A stretch of DNA of 64,000 bases. It comes from an uncultured virus (IMG/VR IMGVR_UViG_3300021375_002229). Its lineage: Duplodnaviria > Heunggongvirae > Uroviricota > Caudoviricetes. The stretch is taken from IMG/VR virus record IMGVR_UViG_3300021375_002229; one strand, 5' to 3'. Below the pieces are notes generated by a model. It did not search any database and had not been told where the DNA came from. It saw only the letters and a program-made list of their open reading frames with translations. The position numbers and the translations under genes are program-made. This document shows, piece by piece, positions 19,536 to 28,936 of this stretch (the first letter of the stretch is position 1; every line of letters starts with the position of its first letter).

Positions 19536-20152
19536 TGGCCGAAAGAATATCAAAGCACTGCTTTGCAACTCCAAAATGTGGAATTTCATTTGCAGATAAA
19601 TACTTTAAAAACATCAATAGAGATATAGATTATACTTTTCTAATGCAGAGAAATCCATATAATAGATTAGTTAGTTTTTATATAAACAAGGTTATATATC
19701 AAGGAGACCCACCTTGGAGTTTAAAAGAAAAATACGAATATGAAGTTCCAATACCACACTTTGGTATAGCTGATACTGGTGTTTCGTTTGAAGAGTTTAT
19801 AAAAAAACTTGGAACAACTAATATTGTACAAGCTGAAAGACATTTGAAACCACAATGGTTAGGTATAGAACCATTTACTTTTAATAAGATTGTTCATATG
19901 GAAAACTTCAAAGAAGATATAAAGGAAGTTTGTGAAGTATTAGATTTGGATTATGATAAAATCACAGAAAGAAAAAACAATCACTTTGTTCGTACAGATA
20001 CTATAACCGAAACTGTTTACGATAAACCAACTAAATGGTTTAGAGAAAATGGATTACCAAAAGATTATGATTTATATTATACAAAAGAAATGAGAGATAT
20101 TGTATATAGATTATATGAAAAAGATTTTACATTACTAAAATACGATAGATGA
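19535..20152 (+). CDS. Sulfotransferase (Sulfotransfer_2-like)
   Basis: PKCGIS 5'-PSB loop, RNPYNRLVSFY 3'-PB, HLKPQ, YEKDF. Confidence 0.8.
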   Translation: MAERISKHCFATPKCGISFADKYFKNINRDIDYTFLMQRNPYNRLVSFYINKVIYQGDPPWSLKEKYEYEVPIPHFGIADTGVSFEEFIKKLGTTNIVQAERHLKPQWLGIEPFTFNKIVHMENFKEDIKEVCEVLDLDYDKITERKNNHFVRTDTITETVYDKPTKWFRENGLPKDYDLYYTKEMRDIVYRLYEKDFTLLKYDR

Positions 20153-20853
20153 AAGTAGCAATAAGTTTTCATGGTCAACCAAGATTTTATAAGGAGATGG
20201 CTCCTCAATGGAGAAAACTTATAGATGCATTAAATGCTGATGTTTATATACACACTTGGTGGGGTGAAGATATGATAGGAGAGAGATATGGTTGTGCACC
20301 TCATGCAGAAGAGTATTTGTATGATGAACACATGACTGTTACAAAGGAACTTCCAAGTGAAATGGAAAAACTGTATCAACCAACTAAGATAGAATACACT
20401 TCAACTAAAGTAAATGATATAAGAAAACAAGAACATATCTATTATCAATTCTATACTCAATATCGTTCTAAAGAGTTAATAAAAGAAAGTGGTATTGATT
20501 ATGATGTTGTTATTAGAACACGATTTGATGTTCATATAGCTACACCAATACCATTAGTTTCTATTCCAAATATACTTGTTACAAGTTCAACTACCCCTTA
20601 CAATGATGCACCAAATGATTTCTTAAGTATATCAGACCAACCTACATTTGAAAAAATTTCAGATATATATCTAAACATAGAAGAGTTTAGAAATAATGTA
20701 AGAGGATGGAAAAACGAAGCATTTTTAACTCATCAAATTATAAAAGAAGGAATTATAAACAAAACATTTCCAGCTACATACGAAACATTTGATTTAGTTC
20801 GTTCCGATAGGTTAAATAGATTACAAAGAAAATCTGAAAAATTATTTTTATGA
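20149..20853 (+). CDS. Glycan-biosynthesis protein (GT-like)
   Basis: KVAISFHGQPR, YIHTW, YDVVIRTRFD. Confidence 0.6.
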   Translation: MKVAISFHGQPRFYKEMAPQWRKLIDALNADVYIHTWWGEDMIGERYGCAPHAEEYLYDEHMTVTKELPSEMEKLYQPTKIEYTSTKVNDIRKQEHIYYQFYTQYRSKELIKESGIDYDVVIRTRFDVHIATPIPLVSIPNILVTSSTTPYNDAPNDFLSISDQPTFEKISDIYLNIEEFRNNVRGWKNEAFLTHQIIKEGIINKTFPATYETFDLVRSDRLNRLQRKSEKLFL

Positions 20854-21749
20854 AAATAGTTATACAAATTTTTTGTTTACCATATGAAATAGATGAATTA
20901 GAAAATACTCTAAATCGATTAAGAACATCTTCACACTATATTAATACCTCTAATCAATATCAATGGGTTATTGATGTAACAATGTGTACTGCTGATGATA
21001 TGGTAAATTGGTCTAAATCATCTATACCTAAGAAATATTTTGAAGATAAGTTATTGAAGCTTAGTTGGCAAACAGATTGGTGTGATAAATATTTTAGAAC
21101 CTCATCTGATATTAAAGGATGTGTCTCACACAGAAGATATTGTTTAGAAAGATATAATGATGCTGATTATTTTTTATGGTTAGATACTGATATTATTTTT
21201 GATGAAAGAACACTATCTCATCTTGAAAATTCATTACAACCAGTTAGTAATATAAATCCGTATAATATAATAACACCTGAATTTGTAAGAATATGGGATA
21301 ACACTTGGGATGTTTTAGTAAATGAAAACTTTATAGATAAACCACTTGGATATCAGAAGGATGCTAATCCTTATTTAGATTCTGGTATAAAAGGAGATAT
21401 TAGTATAGAGGGTGTGTTAAATTCAGCCTCACCTCAATCGAGATTCAAATTTGCAGGAGGGTGGTTCACTTGTATTAGTGGTGATTTACTTAGAAAAATA
21501 GGTATCCCTAAATCATTTGGTCATTATGGATATGAAGATACATTTATAATGGTAGCATCTGAAAAGCTGGTAAGAACAAGTGATATTAAAATTAATCAAT
21601 TTAAAATAAAAAATGTTGTAGTTTGTGAAAATTACAAATATAGAAATCATACATACTATTTAAACAACATATCAGCTTATGATAGACGAGAAGAGTTTAA
21701 AAAAATAGCTCTTGATAACTTTAATAAAGAGTTAGAAAAAATAAATTAA
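20850..21749 (+). CDS. GT2-like glycosyltransferase
   Basis: LWLDTDIIF, GGWF, HYGYEDTF. Confidence 0.65.
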   Translation: MKIVIQIFCLPYEIDELENTLNRLRTSSHYINTSNQYQWVIDVTMCTADDMVNWSKSSIPKKYFEDKLLKLSWQTDWCDKYFRTSSDIKGCVSHRRYCLERYNDADYFLWLDTDIIFDERTLSHLENSLQPVSNINPYNIITPEFVRIWDNTWDVLVNENFIDKPLGYQKDANPYLDSGIKGDISIEGVLNSASPQSRFKFAGGWFTCISGDLLRKIGIPKSFGHYGYEDTFIMVASEKLVRTSDIKINQFKIKNVVVCENYKYRNHTYYLNNISAYDRREEFKKIALDNFNKELEKIN

Positions 21750-21752
21750 ATT

Positions 21753-21778
21753 AAAACCCACTAAATGTGGGTTTTTTT
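21753..21778 (+). terminator. Rho-independent terminator
   Basis: AAAACCCAC-TAAAT-GTGGG-TTTTTTT. Confidence 0.9.
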
Positions 21779-21903
21779 GTGTCATATATTATATTTATAA
21801 AGGAATATGTTATAGAAACTTGTTACTTTATTAGTTTCAAAAAATTAGTTTTATTTATTGGTTTTGCAAATAAGTTACGGTAATCTAAGAAAAGGAGATT
21901 ACT

Positions 21904-22410
21904 TTGAAAACAAACTTTGTACACAGTCTCTTGTTTGGTTTAACGTTGATATTGTTATGTTCTACACTACAATCCTCAAATCCAACACAAGATAACACTA
22001 TCTCAGTCGGAGAGGTAACCAACGAAATTAGAGTTGGACCTTTTGCGGGCAATCCTTCCATGGCCTATGGAGTTCGAAATATCTTAGAAGAACTCTTAAT
22101 GGATTTAGACTACGACTTATCGGAAAACTCAGGCAGAAAAATCAACATAAGGTTGGTATTTTTTGATGTCAAAAATATAGGTAAATCAATCGGTATTTAC
22201 CATAATAAAGTATCACTAACTCAGATTATAGCAATAGGTGAGTTAGAAATAAATGGTAAAGTAAAGAAGAGAACTACTCAAAAGGGTAGTAGTAAAGAAA
22301 TCTCTACTTCTACTTTAGTGGTTGCATCAGATGGACAATTTAATCAACAAACGGCTTCTAACTCGTTGAAAAAAGTATTGGAAGCAATTATTAAGGATTT
22401 ACTAAAATGA
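21904..22410 (+). CDS. Secreted CsgG/TolB-N-fold-like protein
   Basis: Signal peptide; GVRNILEELL...FNQQTASNSLKKVLE resembles the 26355 CsgG-like protein; AGGAG + TTG start. Confidence 0.5.
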   Translation: MKTNFVHSLLFGLTLILLCSTLQSSNPTQDNTISVGEVTNEIRVGPFAGNPSMAYGVRNILEELLMDLDYDLSENSGRKINIRLVFFDVKNIGKSIGIYHNKVSLTQIIAIGELEINGKVKKRTTQKGSSKEISTSTLVVASDGQFNQQTASNSLKKVLEAIIKDLLK

Positions 22411-24095
22411 AAAAACAATTATTAACATTATTATTTGTTCTTGGGGCATTCTTCTCGTATGGTCAAGAAACAATTAAAATCAACAAAGGAAACACAGTTT
22501 CCAAAGTTGGTGATACACTTAAACTTGAAATAGTGTATTCAGGTACGGCTGGAACTGCAAAACTTACTCAGTTTGATTTTCAGTACAACAACAAACTATT
22601 ATCGTTAGATTCGAGAAATTGGGTTATATCCTCAAATACAGCTCAAAAAGCTTACAACTCATGGAATGGGTATAAGTGGGGTAATAACACTGCAACTCAA
22701 GATATCGATGGTGAATATGCAGATTATGTAGCAGGAAATACCACATATGCATCATCTGCAGACTGGTCAGTAGAGAGAATCACTATTCAAGATGTAACTG
22801 CATTTGGTAATAATGATGGTTGGATGGAGTATAACTTTATTATTAAAGATAAAGCAAGTACAAGTTATTCAGATTATTCTAACCTATTAAACATGAACTG
22901 GGGTTATCTTAAGAAAGATGATGGAACTGAAGTAGCAGTAGAAGGTAAAGTAGATAATGGAACTGGCTTAACTTTAACTGGTATTCAAGGTGGTGATGCA
23001 GGAAATGTAACACTTAAAATATTCAGTAAAGCAATAGATAATTCACTAATTGATGGTACAGATTATACTTACAACGTTTATCTTAAATCAGATATTGGTT
23101 CGGGTAATCAAGTAAATCAAGGAGCATCTGCTGTTAAAACAGGTAACTATGATGCATCAGGTGAAGCAACTATAAGTGGTTTAGAAAATGATACAGAATA
23201 CTTTGTTTGGAACTTTGTAGATGGTTCTAAAGATTATATGGATAACGTAGTAACTGTATCTGATTTAGCATTGGTATTTGCTGAAGCAATCGGAGCAGGT
23301 TCAACACCAAATGGAAATTCTACTACATTTGATTATCATATTCAAACATTCTTGGCAAACGTAATACACGATTCGCCATTTGATGGAGTGATAAATTTTT
23401 CAGATTCATATGAAATACTTGCTCACTTACAAGGTGTAACAAGTGGAAACTCTAACTTCATTTCTAAGAAAGGTGGAGCAGTACAGAGTGGTGGTACTAA
23501 ATCAATATTTGGTACAGTAGATTCAAATGGAAGTTATTTAGCTAACTTAGATGCAACTTTCAAACCAACTGATTCTAACAAATCATTTGAGTTTGCTCAT
23601 GTTCTTATAGGTGATGTTAACTTCTCACATTCATATCAACCAGCTGCATCAAGTGATTTCCAAATTAGTTCAATGAATATTAGTAATTCTGCACCTCTTG
23701 CATCAAGTGCTAGATATACTCCAATTCAACAAAATGTTGATTTGGTATCTCAAATAGTAGATGGTGAAGTAATCTTCTCAATCAATTCAGAAGTAACTGG
23801 TATGATTGGAACACAATTTAACATTGTATATGATGATACGAGATTAGAATTAAAGAACGTAGTATTTGATACTGGTAACGAAATGACTAATTTCGCTAAC
23901 CACACAGAAGAAGAAGGAAAAATAAACATAGGTTCATTTGACCAACAGTTTGAAAAAACTGTAAAAACAGGTACTCCATATCAATTAATATTCACACCAT
24001 TAGTTGAATTGAGTAACACATCAGGTTTAATCTCATTTAAGGTTAACGAAGGTGTTAAGGCAGATGGAACACAAATAAAATTAAACATGGAATAA
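22407..24095 (+). CDS. Secreted protein with cohesin-like, dockerin-like and C-terminal cohesin-like regions
   Basis: Signal peptide; VGDTLKL..QFDFQYNNKLL; VTVSD...DGVINFSDSYEIL; GDVNFSHS; GTQFNIVYDDTRLEL. Confidence 0.6.
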   Translation: MKKQLLTLLFVLGAFFSYGQETIKINKGNTVSKVGDTLKLEIVYSGTAGTAKLTQFDFQYNNKLLSLDSRNWVISSNTAQKAYNSWNGYKWGNNTATQDIDGEYADYVAGNTTYASSADWSVERITIQDVTAFGNNDGWMEYNFIIKDKASTSYSDYSNLLNMNWGYLKKDDGTEVAVEGKVDNGTGLTLTGIQGGDAGNVTLKIFSKAIDNSLIDGTDYTYNVYLKSDIGSGNQVNQGASAVKTGNYDASGEATISGLENDTEYFVWNFVDGSKDYMDNVVTVSDLALVFAEAIGAGSTPNGNSTTFDYHIQTFLANVIHDSPFDGVINFSDSYEILAHLQGVTSGNSNFISKKGGAVQSGGTKSIFGTVDSNGSYLANLDATFKPTDSNKSFEFAHVLIGDVNFSHSYQPAASSDFQISSMNISNSAPLASSARYTPIQQNVDLVSQIVDGEVIFSINSEVTGMIGTQFNIVYDDTRLELKNVVFDTGNEMTNFANHTEEEGKINIGSFDQQFEKTVKTGTPYQLIFTPLVELSNTSGLISFKVNEGVKADGTQIKLNME

Positions 24096-24099
24096 AGAT

Positions 24100-24471
24100 A
24101 TGAAAAAACTATTAACACTTTTAGTATTATTAACATTAACATCTTGTATGAAAGATGATATAATGGAACCTATATTCGTTAGTGAAGTACCAGATACACT
24201 TCTAATGGATGAATTGGTAGGAATTAAATTAGAAAATACAATCGTTTCAAATGAGGTACGAATGAATGTAAAGTTACCTAATGATGGAACGTACAGAGTG
24301 AAAATAAGAGATATTAAAAACTCTTTGATTTCACAAGAAAAACTTACTGCACAAGAGGGAGATAACATTCTTTCTGTGTACACCAGTAGTTTAGATAAAT
24401 CTTCTTTTACACTTGAATTAACAGATGTTAATCATAATGTAATAGGAAGAACGGTTTTCGTTAATCAATAA
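24100..24471 (+). CDS. Lipoprotein with T9SS-CTD-like Ig domain
   Basis: Lipobox LTSC; YRVKIRDIKNSLI...GDN...SSLDKSSFTLEL. Confidence 0.55.
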   Translation: MKKLLTLLVLLTLTSCMKDDIMEPIFVSEVPDTLLMDELVGIKLENTIVSNEVRMNVKLPNDGTYRVKIRDIKNSLISQEKLTAQEGDNILSVYTSSLDKSSFTLELTDVNHNVIGRTVFVNQ

Positions 24472-24481
24472 GGAAAGAAAA

Positions 24482-25174
24482 ATGAAAAAAGTTGTATTAG
24501 TAATTATTACATTAGTGTTATCACTTTCTTCTATGGCGTGTATAAATCCGTCAATGGAGAATGGATTCGAAAAACTGAACCAATCTTTATCGGAATTAGT
24601 TGCATCATTTGATGCAGTTAACATTCCACAGATTCAAGAAGATATGGAACAGATTACAGATGATTTAGAAAGTATTGTTGTAGGGATTGAGAATTATGTT
24701 TCTGCAGTAGAAGAATACAACCAGGCAATTTTAATTTACAACGAAGCATTACTTGAATACAATGATGCAATGATGGAATATGAAGATGCATTAATAGCAT
24801 CTGATGTTTTCTTATCACAAATAGATTCTTCGATAGATGGAATGGTAGAAGCGTTAGAAGGATTAAAAGAAATGTCAGATGGTGGTAATCAATGGGCAGG
24901 AATCTTTTTACAGATAGCACAGATAAGAATAGGTTTACAAGATATTCTTGCTATAATGAAAACAAAAGCAACTAAAGAACAAATGGAAGCATTGTTAGCT
25001 CAAGTACAAGAAATGGGAGAAGGTGTTGACCAGTTGGTATTCTTAGCTGATTACGATTATGATGGGGTTATCAATGGAATGGATAAATGTCCAGATACAC
25101 CTATTGCAGATATTAATAATGTAAACGCACAAGGTTGTGCACCAGGTCAAACACCTGTAACCGAAGGGGAATAA
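24482..25174 (+). CDS. Secreted (probable lipoprotein) coiled-coil protein with C-terminal thrombospondin type-3-like Ca-binding repeat
   Basis: SSMAC signal; heptads EEYNQAILIYNEALLEYNDAMMEYEDAL; DYDYDGVINGMDKCPDTP...VNAQGC. Confidence 0.6.
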   Translation: MKKVVLVIITLVLSLSSMACINPSMENGFEKLNQSLSELVASFDAVNIPQIQEDMEQITDDLESIVVGIENYVSAVEEYNQAILIYNEALLEYNDAMMEYEDALIASDVFLSQIDSSIDGMVEALEGLKEMSDGGNQWAGIFLQIAQIRIGLQDILAIMKTKATKEQMEALLAQVQEMGEGVDQLVFLADYDYDGVINGMDKCPDTPIADINNVNAQGCAPGQTPVTEGE

Positions 25175-25177
25175 ATT

Positions 25178-25468
25178 ATGAGTGAAAAAAAAGAAGGATT
25201 CTTTTCACAACTTAAAAATCAAATCATAGCTGGTATAGGAGTAATCCTTACCGGCCTTGGTGGTTTGTTTATGGATGAGGTAAAATCATTCATTGGTATT
25301 GAAGATAGTGAAGCAGCAGTAGAAGTGGTTCAAGAACAAAATGTAAATGTTGAAGGACCTACAATTAATATTGTTATTCCAGAACAAAAGAAAGATACAG
25401 TTGTAAAAAAAGTATATATTAAACCCAAAGTAAAGAAAAAAGAAAAAGAAGAGGAAATAGATTGGTAA
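25178..25468 (+). CDS. Single-pass membrane protein
   Basis: IIAGIGVILTGLGGLFM TM segment; charged tail. Confidence 0.65.
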   Translation: MSEKKEGFFSQLKNQIIAGIGVILTGLGGLFMDEVKSFIGIEDSEAAVEVVQEQNVNVEGPTINIVIPEQKKDTVVKKVYIKPKVKKKEKEEEIDW

Positions 25469-25469
25469 T

Positions 25470-25808
25470 ATGGATAATATAGATATGAATGAAAAAATTA
25501 TAAAAGAAATACATCCTGCTGATACAAATGGGGATGGTAAAGTTTCAAAAGCAGAAGAAGCAATGTACTTGGAGTTTAAGAGAAAAGAACTCGATGACCA
25601 AGATGCAATGAGAGATGCTCAACGAAAGATGGCATGGTTTGCTATGTTCGGTATGTTACTCTATCCATTTGCAGTTGTACTCGCAGATTTAGTAGGATTA
25701 GACCAAGCATCTAAAATATTAGGTGATATGGCAGCTACCTACTTCGTTTCAGTTGCAGCAATAGTTGCAGCATTCTTTGGAACACAAGCTTACAATAAAA
25801 ATAAATAA
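25470..25808 (+). CDS. EF-hand plus two-TM membrane protein (holin-like size)
   Basis: DTNGDGKVSKAE EF-hand loop; two hydrophobic segments. Confidence 0.6.
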   Translation: MDNIDMNEKIIKEIHPADTNGDGKVSKAEEAMYLEFKRKELDDQDAMRDAQRKMAWFAMFGMLLYPFAVVLADLVGLDQASKILGDMAATYFVSVAAIVAAFFGTQAYNKNK

Positions 25809-25827
25809 GTTAAATTAAGGAGAGATT

Positions 25828-26031
25828 ATGAGAAATGTTTTAAAAAATAACCCAATTACAATAATGTGGAATGAGGCTGAAAACCTATTAGATTACACAC
25901 TTGCACTTTGGGCTACGGCATTGATGGCACTTGCATTTAGTGGTATATTAGCTTTGATAATAGAGTTAATTACCAACCCATCATCATTTAGAAATGCAAC
26001 ATTTGGTGTATTCGATACACTAGGAAGTTAA
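25828..26031 (+). CDS. Small membrane protein, paralog A
   Basis: One TM; ends NATFGVFDTLGS. Confidence 0.7.
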   Translation: MRNVLKNNPITIMWNEAENLLDYTLALWATALMALAFSGILALIIELITNPSSFRNATFGVFDTLGS

Positions 26032-26053
26032 CGTTATAATAAAAGGAGAGATT

Positions 26054-26245
26054 ATGGAAACATTAAAAATGATTTTTATGGAAAAGGCATCAGATTACTG
26101 GTGGATGGATATCATACTAAAAGTATGGATTGCATCATTACTAATATTGGTTGTATTAGGATTTACAGCACTCATTTGGGGTATTGTATCTGGTGAAGCT
26201 GATATCCAAAATGCTACATTTGGTGTATTTGATACATTAGGCTAA
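26054..26245 (+). CDS. Small membrane protein, paralog B
   Basis: One TM; ends NATFGVFDTLG. Confidence 0.7.
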   Translation: METLKMIFMEKASDYWWMDIILKVWIASLLILVVLGFTALIWGIVSGEADIQNATFGVFDTLG

Positions 26246-26253
26246 AAAATATT

Positions 26254-26358
26254 ATGAAAAAAATTATACAATTATTTATTAAATTTGATAAGTGGTTAAG
26301 TGATATAGGATATAGTATGTATCCTGCATTAACTAAACACATGAAGGATAAGAAATGA
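26254..26358 (+). CDS. Hypothetical 34-aa peptide
   Basis: MKKIIQLFIKFDKWLSDIG...; ATGA overlap with next gene. Confidence 0.5.
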   Translation: MKKIIQLFIKFDKWLSDIGYSMYPALTKHMKDKK

Positions 26359-27071
26359 GATTAATCACAACAATAGTTTTGATGTTATTCACACTAACAT
26401 CATTTTCACAAACGATTGGTAAGGTTAAGGCTGAAGAATATGTTGCTGAATTCGAAAAGAAAAAATCAATAGATGATGTTTCGGATTATTGGGGAGATAT
26501 GTTACCAGTTGCTTTACTCAATGTTGGTATATCTGATGATTTATATGAGATGTATCCTGAGTTAAGAGATGGTAGGGTAGGTTTAGGTCTTACTAACATC
26601 GTAATAGAATACTTAGATTGGACAAATAGATTTGAATTTGTAGAAGAAAAATCTGCAATCAAAGATAGAATGAAATCACAATGGGTTGCATCAAGAAAAG
26701 GTGTTTCAGAAAACCAAGTTTATGGATTAGGTAAAATTAAGTTAGCAGAATATTTCGTTACAATAGAGATATATGATTTCTCTGTTTCAGAGGATGAGGT
26801 TTTATCACTTAAAGAAGGTTCTAAACAAACACAAACAACTCGTTTAGGTTTACAAGTTAGGTTTACTAATGCAGAGAATGGTACATATTTCGTAGGTTCC
26901 GGTCTTGGTACTGCAAAGACAGTAAAGACTCAAGAGGGTTTGCTGGGGTTAGATTTGGATGAAATAAAGTTCAGACAATCAGCAATTGGAGTATCTACCA
27001 GAAAAGCATTGGAAACCGCTTCTGCGAGGATAGTAGCGAGGATGATTCGAAAAAGAATATTTGATAATTAG
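26355..27071 (+). CDS. CsgG-family protein (curli secretion channel homolog)
   Basis: Signal peptide; GLTNIVIEYL..TNRFEFVEE, AEYFVTIEIYDFS, LQVRFTNAENG..GSGLG, RKALETA. Confidence 0.75.
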   Translation: MRLITTIVLMLFTLTSFSQTIGKVKAEEYVAEFEKKKSIDDVSDYWGDMLPVALLNVGISDDLYEMYPELRDGRVGLGLTNIVIEYLDWTNRFEFVEEKSAIKDRMKSQWVASRKGVSENQVYGLGKIKLAEYFVTIEIYDFSVSEDEVLSLKEGSKQTQTTRLGLQVRFTNAENGTYFVGSGLGTAKTVKTQEGLLGLDLDEIKFRQSAIGVSTRKALETASARIVARMIRKRIFDN

Positions 27072-27080
27072 GAGGATATA

Positions 27081-28928
27081 TTGAAAAAGCTCTTAATTTC
27101 TTTATTCTTATTTGTAAGTAGTTTTACTTATGGACAGATGTTTACACAAACATTTGTAGATAGATGTACTAATGAAGTAAAGGTTGTTACAGCAAACTTT
27201 GCAACAGGTAGTGCAGTAGTATCCTTTTACAATAGAGTTAGAGTGTTTACATATCAAGAATATCTCAATGGTGAACTACATTCGTGGTTAGGAGAAACCT
27301 ATGCATGGTGGACAAACTTATCCCCATGTTCTACAACAACTCAACAGGCACAAAATGCACAAAATCAAGCCAATCAAGCTCAAAATCAAGCTAATCAAGC
27401 ATCTAATGCTGCAAATAATGCAACAAGTAATGTAACTAATGCTACCCAAAATACTGGTACAACTGGTACGGCAAATACTGGAACAACAAATACTGGTTCA
27501 AGTGGTAGTGGTTCAAGTGGAACAACTAATAGTGGTTCAACTAATAATAATTCAGGAGGCTCAAATAATGGTAATTCAGGCAATACTAACAATAATTCCG
27601 GCTCGGGTGGTTCAGGTGATTCCGGCTCTTCGAGTGGTGGAAGCGGAGATACGTCAGGAGGTTCGGACTCGAACTCTGGCTCGGATTCAAACTCGAATAA
27701 CGGCTCAGATAGCTCGGGACAAGACTCGTCGGGCGGTAGTTCGGATGATTCGGGAAGTGGAGATGTAGATAATAGTGGAAGTGGAGACTCTGATTCAAGT
27801 GGAGACTCTGATTCAAGTGGTGATTCCGATAGTGGAAGTGATGATTCTGGTGGAGATGGTGATTCCGATGGTGGGGGTGATGATGATTCTAGTGGAGATT
27901 CCGATAGCGATTCTGATTCTGATTCTGATTCCGATAGCGATTCTGATGAAGGTAGTGATGAATCAAGTGAAGAAGAATCATCAGAAGAAAGCTCAGAAGA
28001 AGAATCAAGTGAAGAAGAAAGTTCAGAAGAAGAATCCGAAGAATCAGAAGAAAGTGAAGAAGAAAGTGAAGAAGAATCCGAAGAGGAGAGTGAAGAGGAA
28101 GAATCTGAAGAAGAGGAAGAATCTGAAGAAGAGGAAGAGGAAAGTGAGGAGGAAGAAGAGGAGGAGGAATCTGATGAATCTGAAGAAGATGAGGAGGAAG
28201 AGGAAGAGGAAGAAGAAAAGAAATTTATGCCTATACAATTAAAGGCAGATGTATTATCACAACAATCCCCTCTTGGTACATATAATGCAGTTCTTAATAT
28301 AGGAGCATCTCGTAGTTCAATCTATGGTGATGTTGCATATACAGCAAATGTAATGGTTTATGATAACTTACAACAAATAACTTTTATGGGTGCTCGTTCT
28401 AAAGTTAACATGACTGAAGATTATAAAATAAAGAATGTATCAGCAACTTCAGTTGGATATTCTAATAACTATGGATACTCAACCTTAATGTTATCCAAAT
28501 CTCTAATGAAACCTTTTGAGAATGGGTTAACAGTTGGAGCAGGATTATCAGTTGGAACTACCTTTGTATCGTATCCAATCAAAGAAAACTTTATGGTATC
28601 ATATAATGTACTTGCAACCAAATCATTCCAAATAGGAACTCGTATAACTTATTCACCAGCAATCATTTGGACACAAACTCCATTTATGAGTGCAGAGGGT
28701 GGGGTAGGTTTAGAAAAAACTTACTATAAAGAACATCCTTTTGGTATTAAATTAGAAAATGCATTAAGAGGTTCTCGAATTCATGGTATGGGTATCATAG
28801 CAAACTCATTTACTGTACAAGTAACAAATAGATTTTCATTCAACGTAGGATGGACTGCAATTAAATCAACAGATAATCGAATACCTTTGATAAACTCATT
28901 TATGATAGGTTCTAAGATTCCATTATAA
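27081..28928 (+). CDS. Secreted protein: N-terminal domain, long low-complexity acidic stalk, C-terminal probable outer-membrane beta-barrel
   Basis: Signal peptide; QN/SG/SD/SE/E tracts; C-terminal about 230 aa of amphipathic strands ending FMIGSKIPL; AGGAGG + TTG start. Confidence 0.7.
   Translation: MKKLLISLFLFVSSFTYGQMFTQTFVDRCTNEVKVVTANFATGSAVVSFYNRVRVFTYQEYLNGELHSWLGETYAWWTNLSPCSTTTQQAQNAQNQANQAQNQANQASNAANNATSNVTNATQNTGTTGTANTGTTNTGSSGSGSSGTTNSGSTNNNSGGSNNGNSGNTNNNSGSGGSGDSGSSSGGSGDTSGGSDSNSGSDSNSNNGSDSSGQDSSGGSSDDSGSGDVDNSGSGDSDSSGDSDSSGDSDSGSDDSGGDGDSDGGGDDDSSGDSDSDSDSDSDSDSDSDEGSDESSEEESSEESSEEESSEEESSEEESEESEESEEESEEESEEESEEEESEEEEESEEEEEESEEEEEEEESDESEEDEEEEEEEEEKKFMPIQLKADVLSQQSPLGTYNAVLNIGASRSSIYGDVAYTANVMVYDNLQQITFMGARSKVNMTEDYKIKNVSATSVGYSNNYGYSTLMLSKSLMKPFENGLTVGAGLSVGTTFVSYPIKENFMVSYNVLATKSFQIGTRITYSPAIIWTQTPFMSAEGGVGLEKTYYKEHPFGIKLENALRGSRIHGMGIIANSFTVQVTNRFSFNVGWTAIKSTDNRIPLINSFMIGSKIPL
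27330..28217 (+). repeat. Coding low-complexity and tandem repeats
   Basis: AQNQANQ repeats; 18-bp AGTGGAGACTCTGATTCA x2 at 27780-27815; GATTCT/GATTCC arrays; GAA/GAG arrays. Confidence 0.9.
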
Positions 28929-28936
28929 TTATTAGT

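Noticed and set aside
27780..28217. Tandem repeats as a possible CRISPR array
   Set aside because: In-frame coding repeats without unique spacers; no CRISPR array seen anywhere in the window
27395..28242. Several alternative-frame and minus-strand ORFs
   Set aside because: Shadows of the low-complexity repeats in 27081..28928
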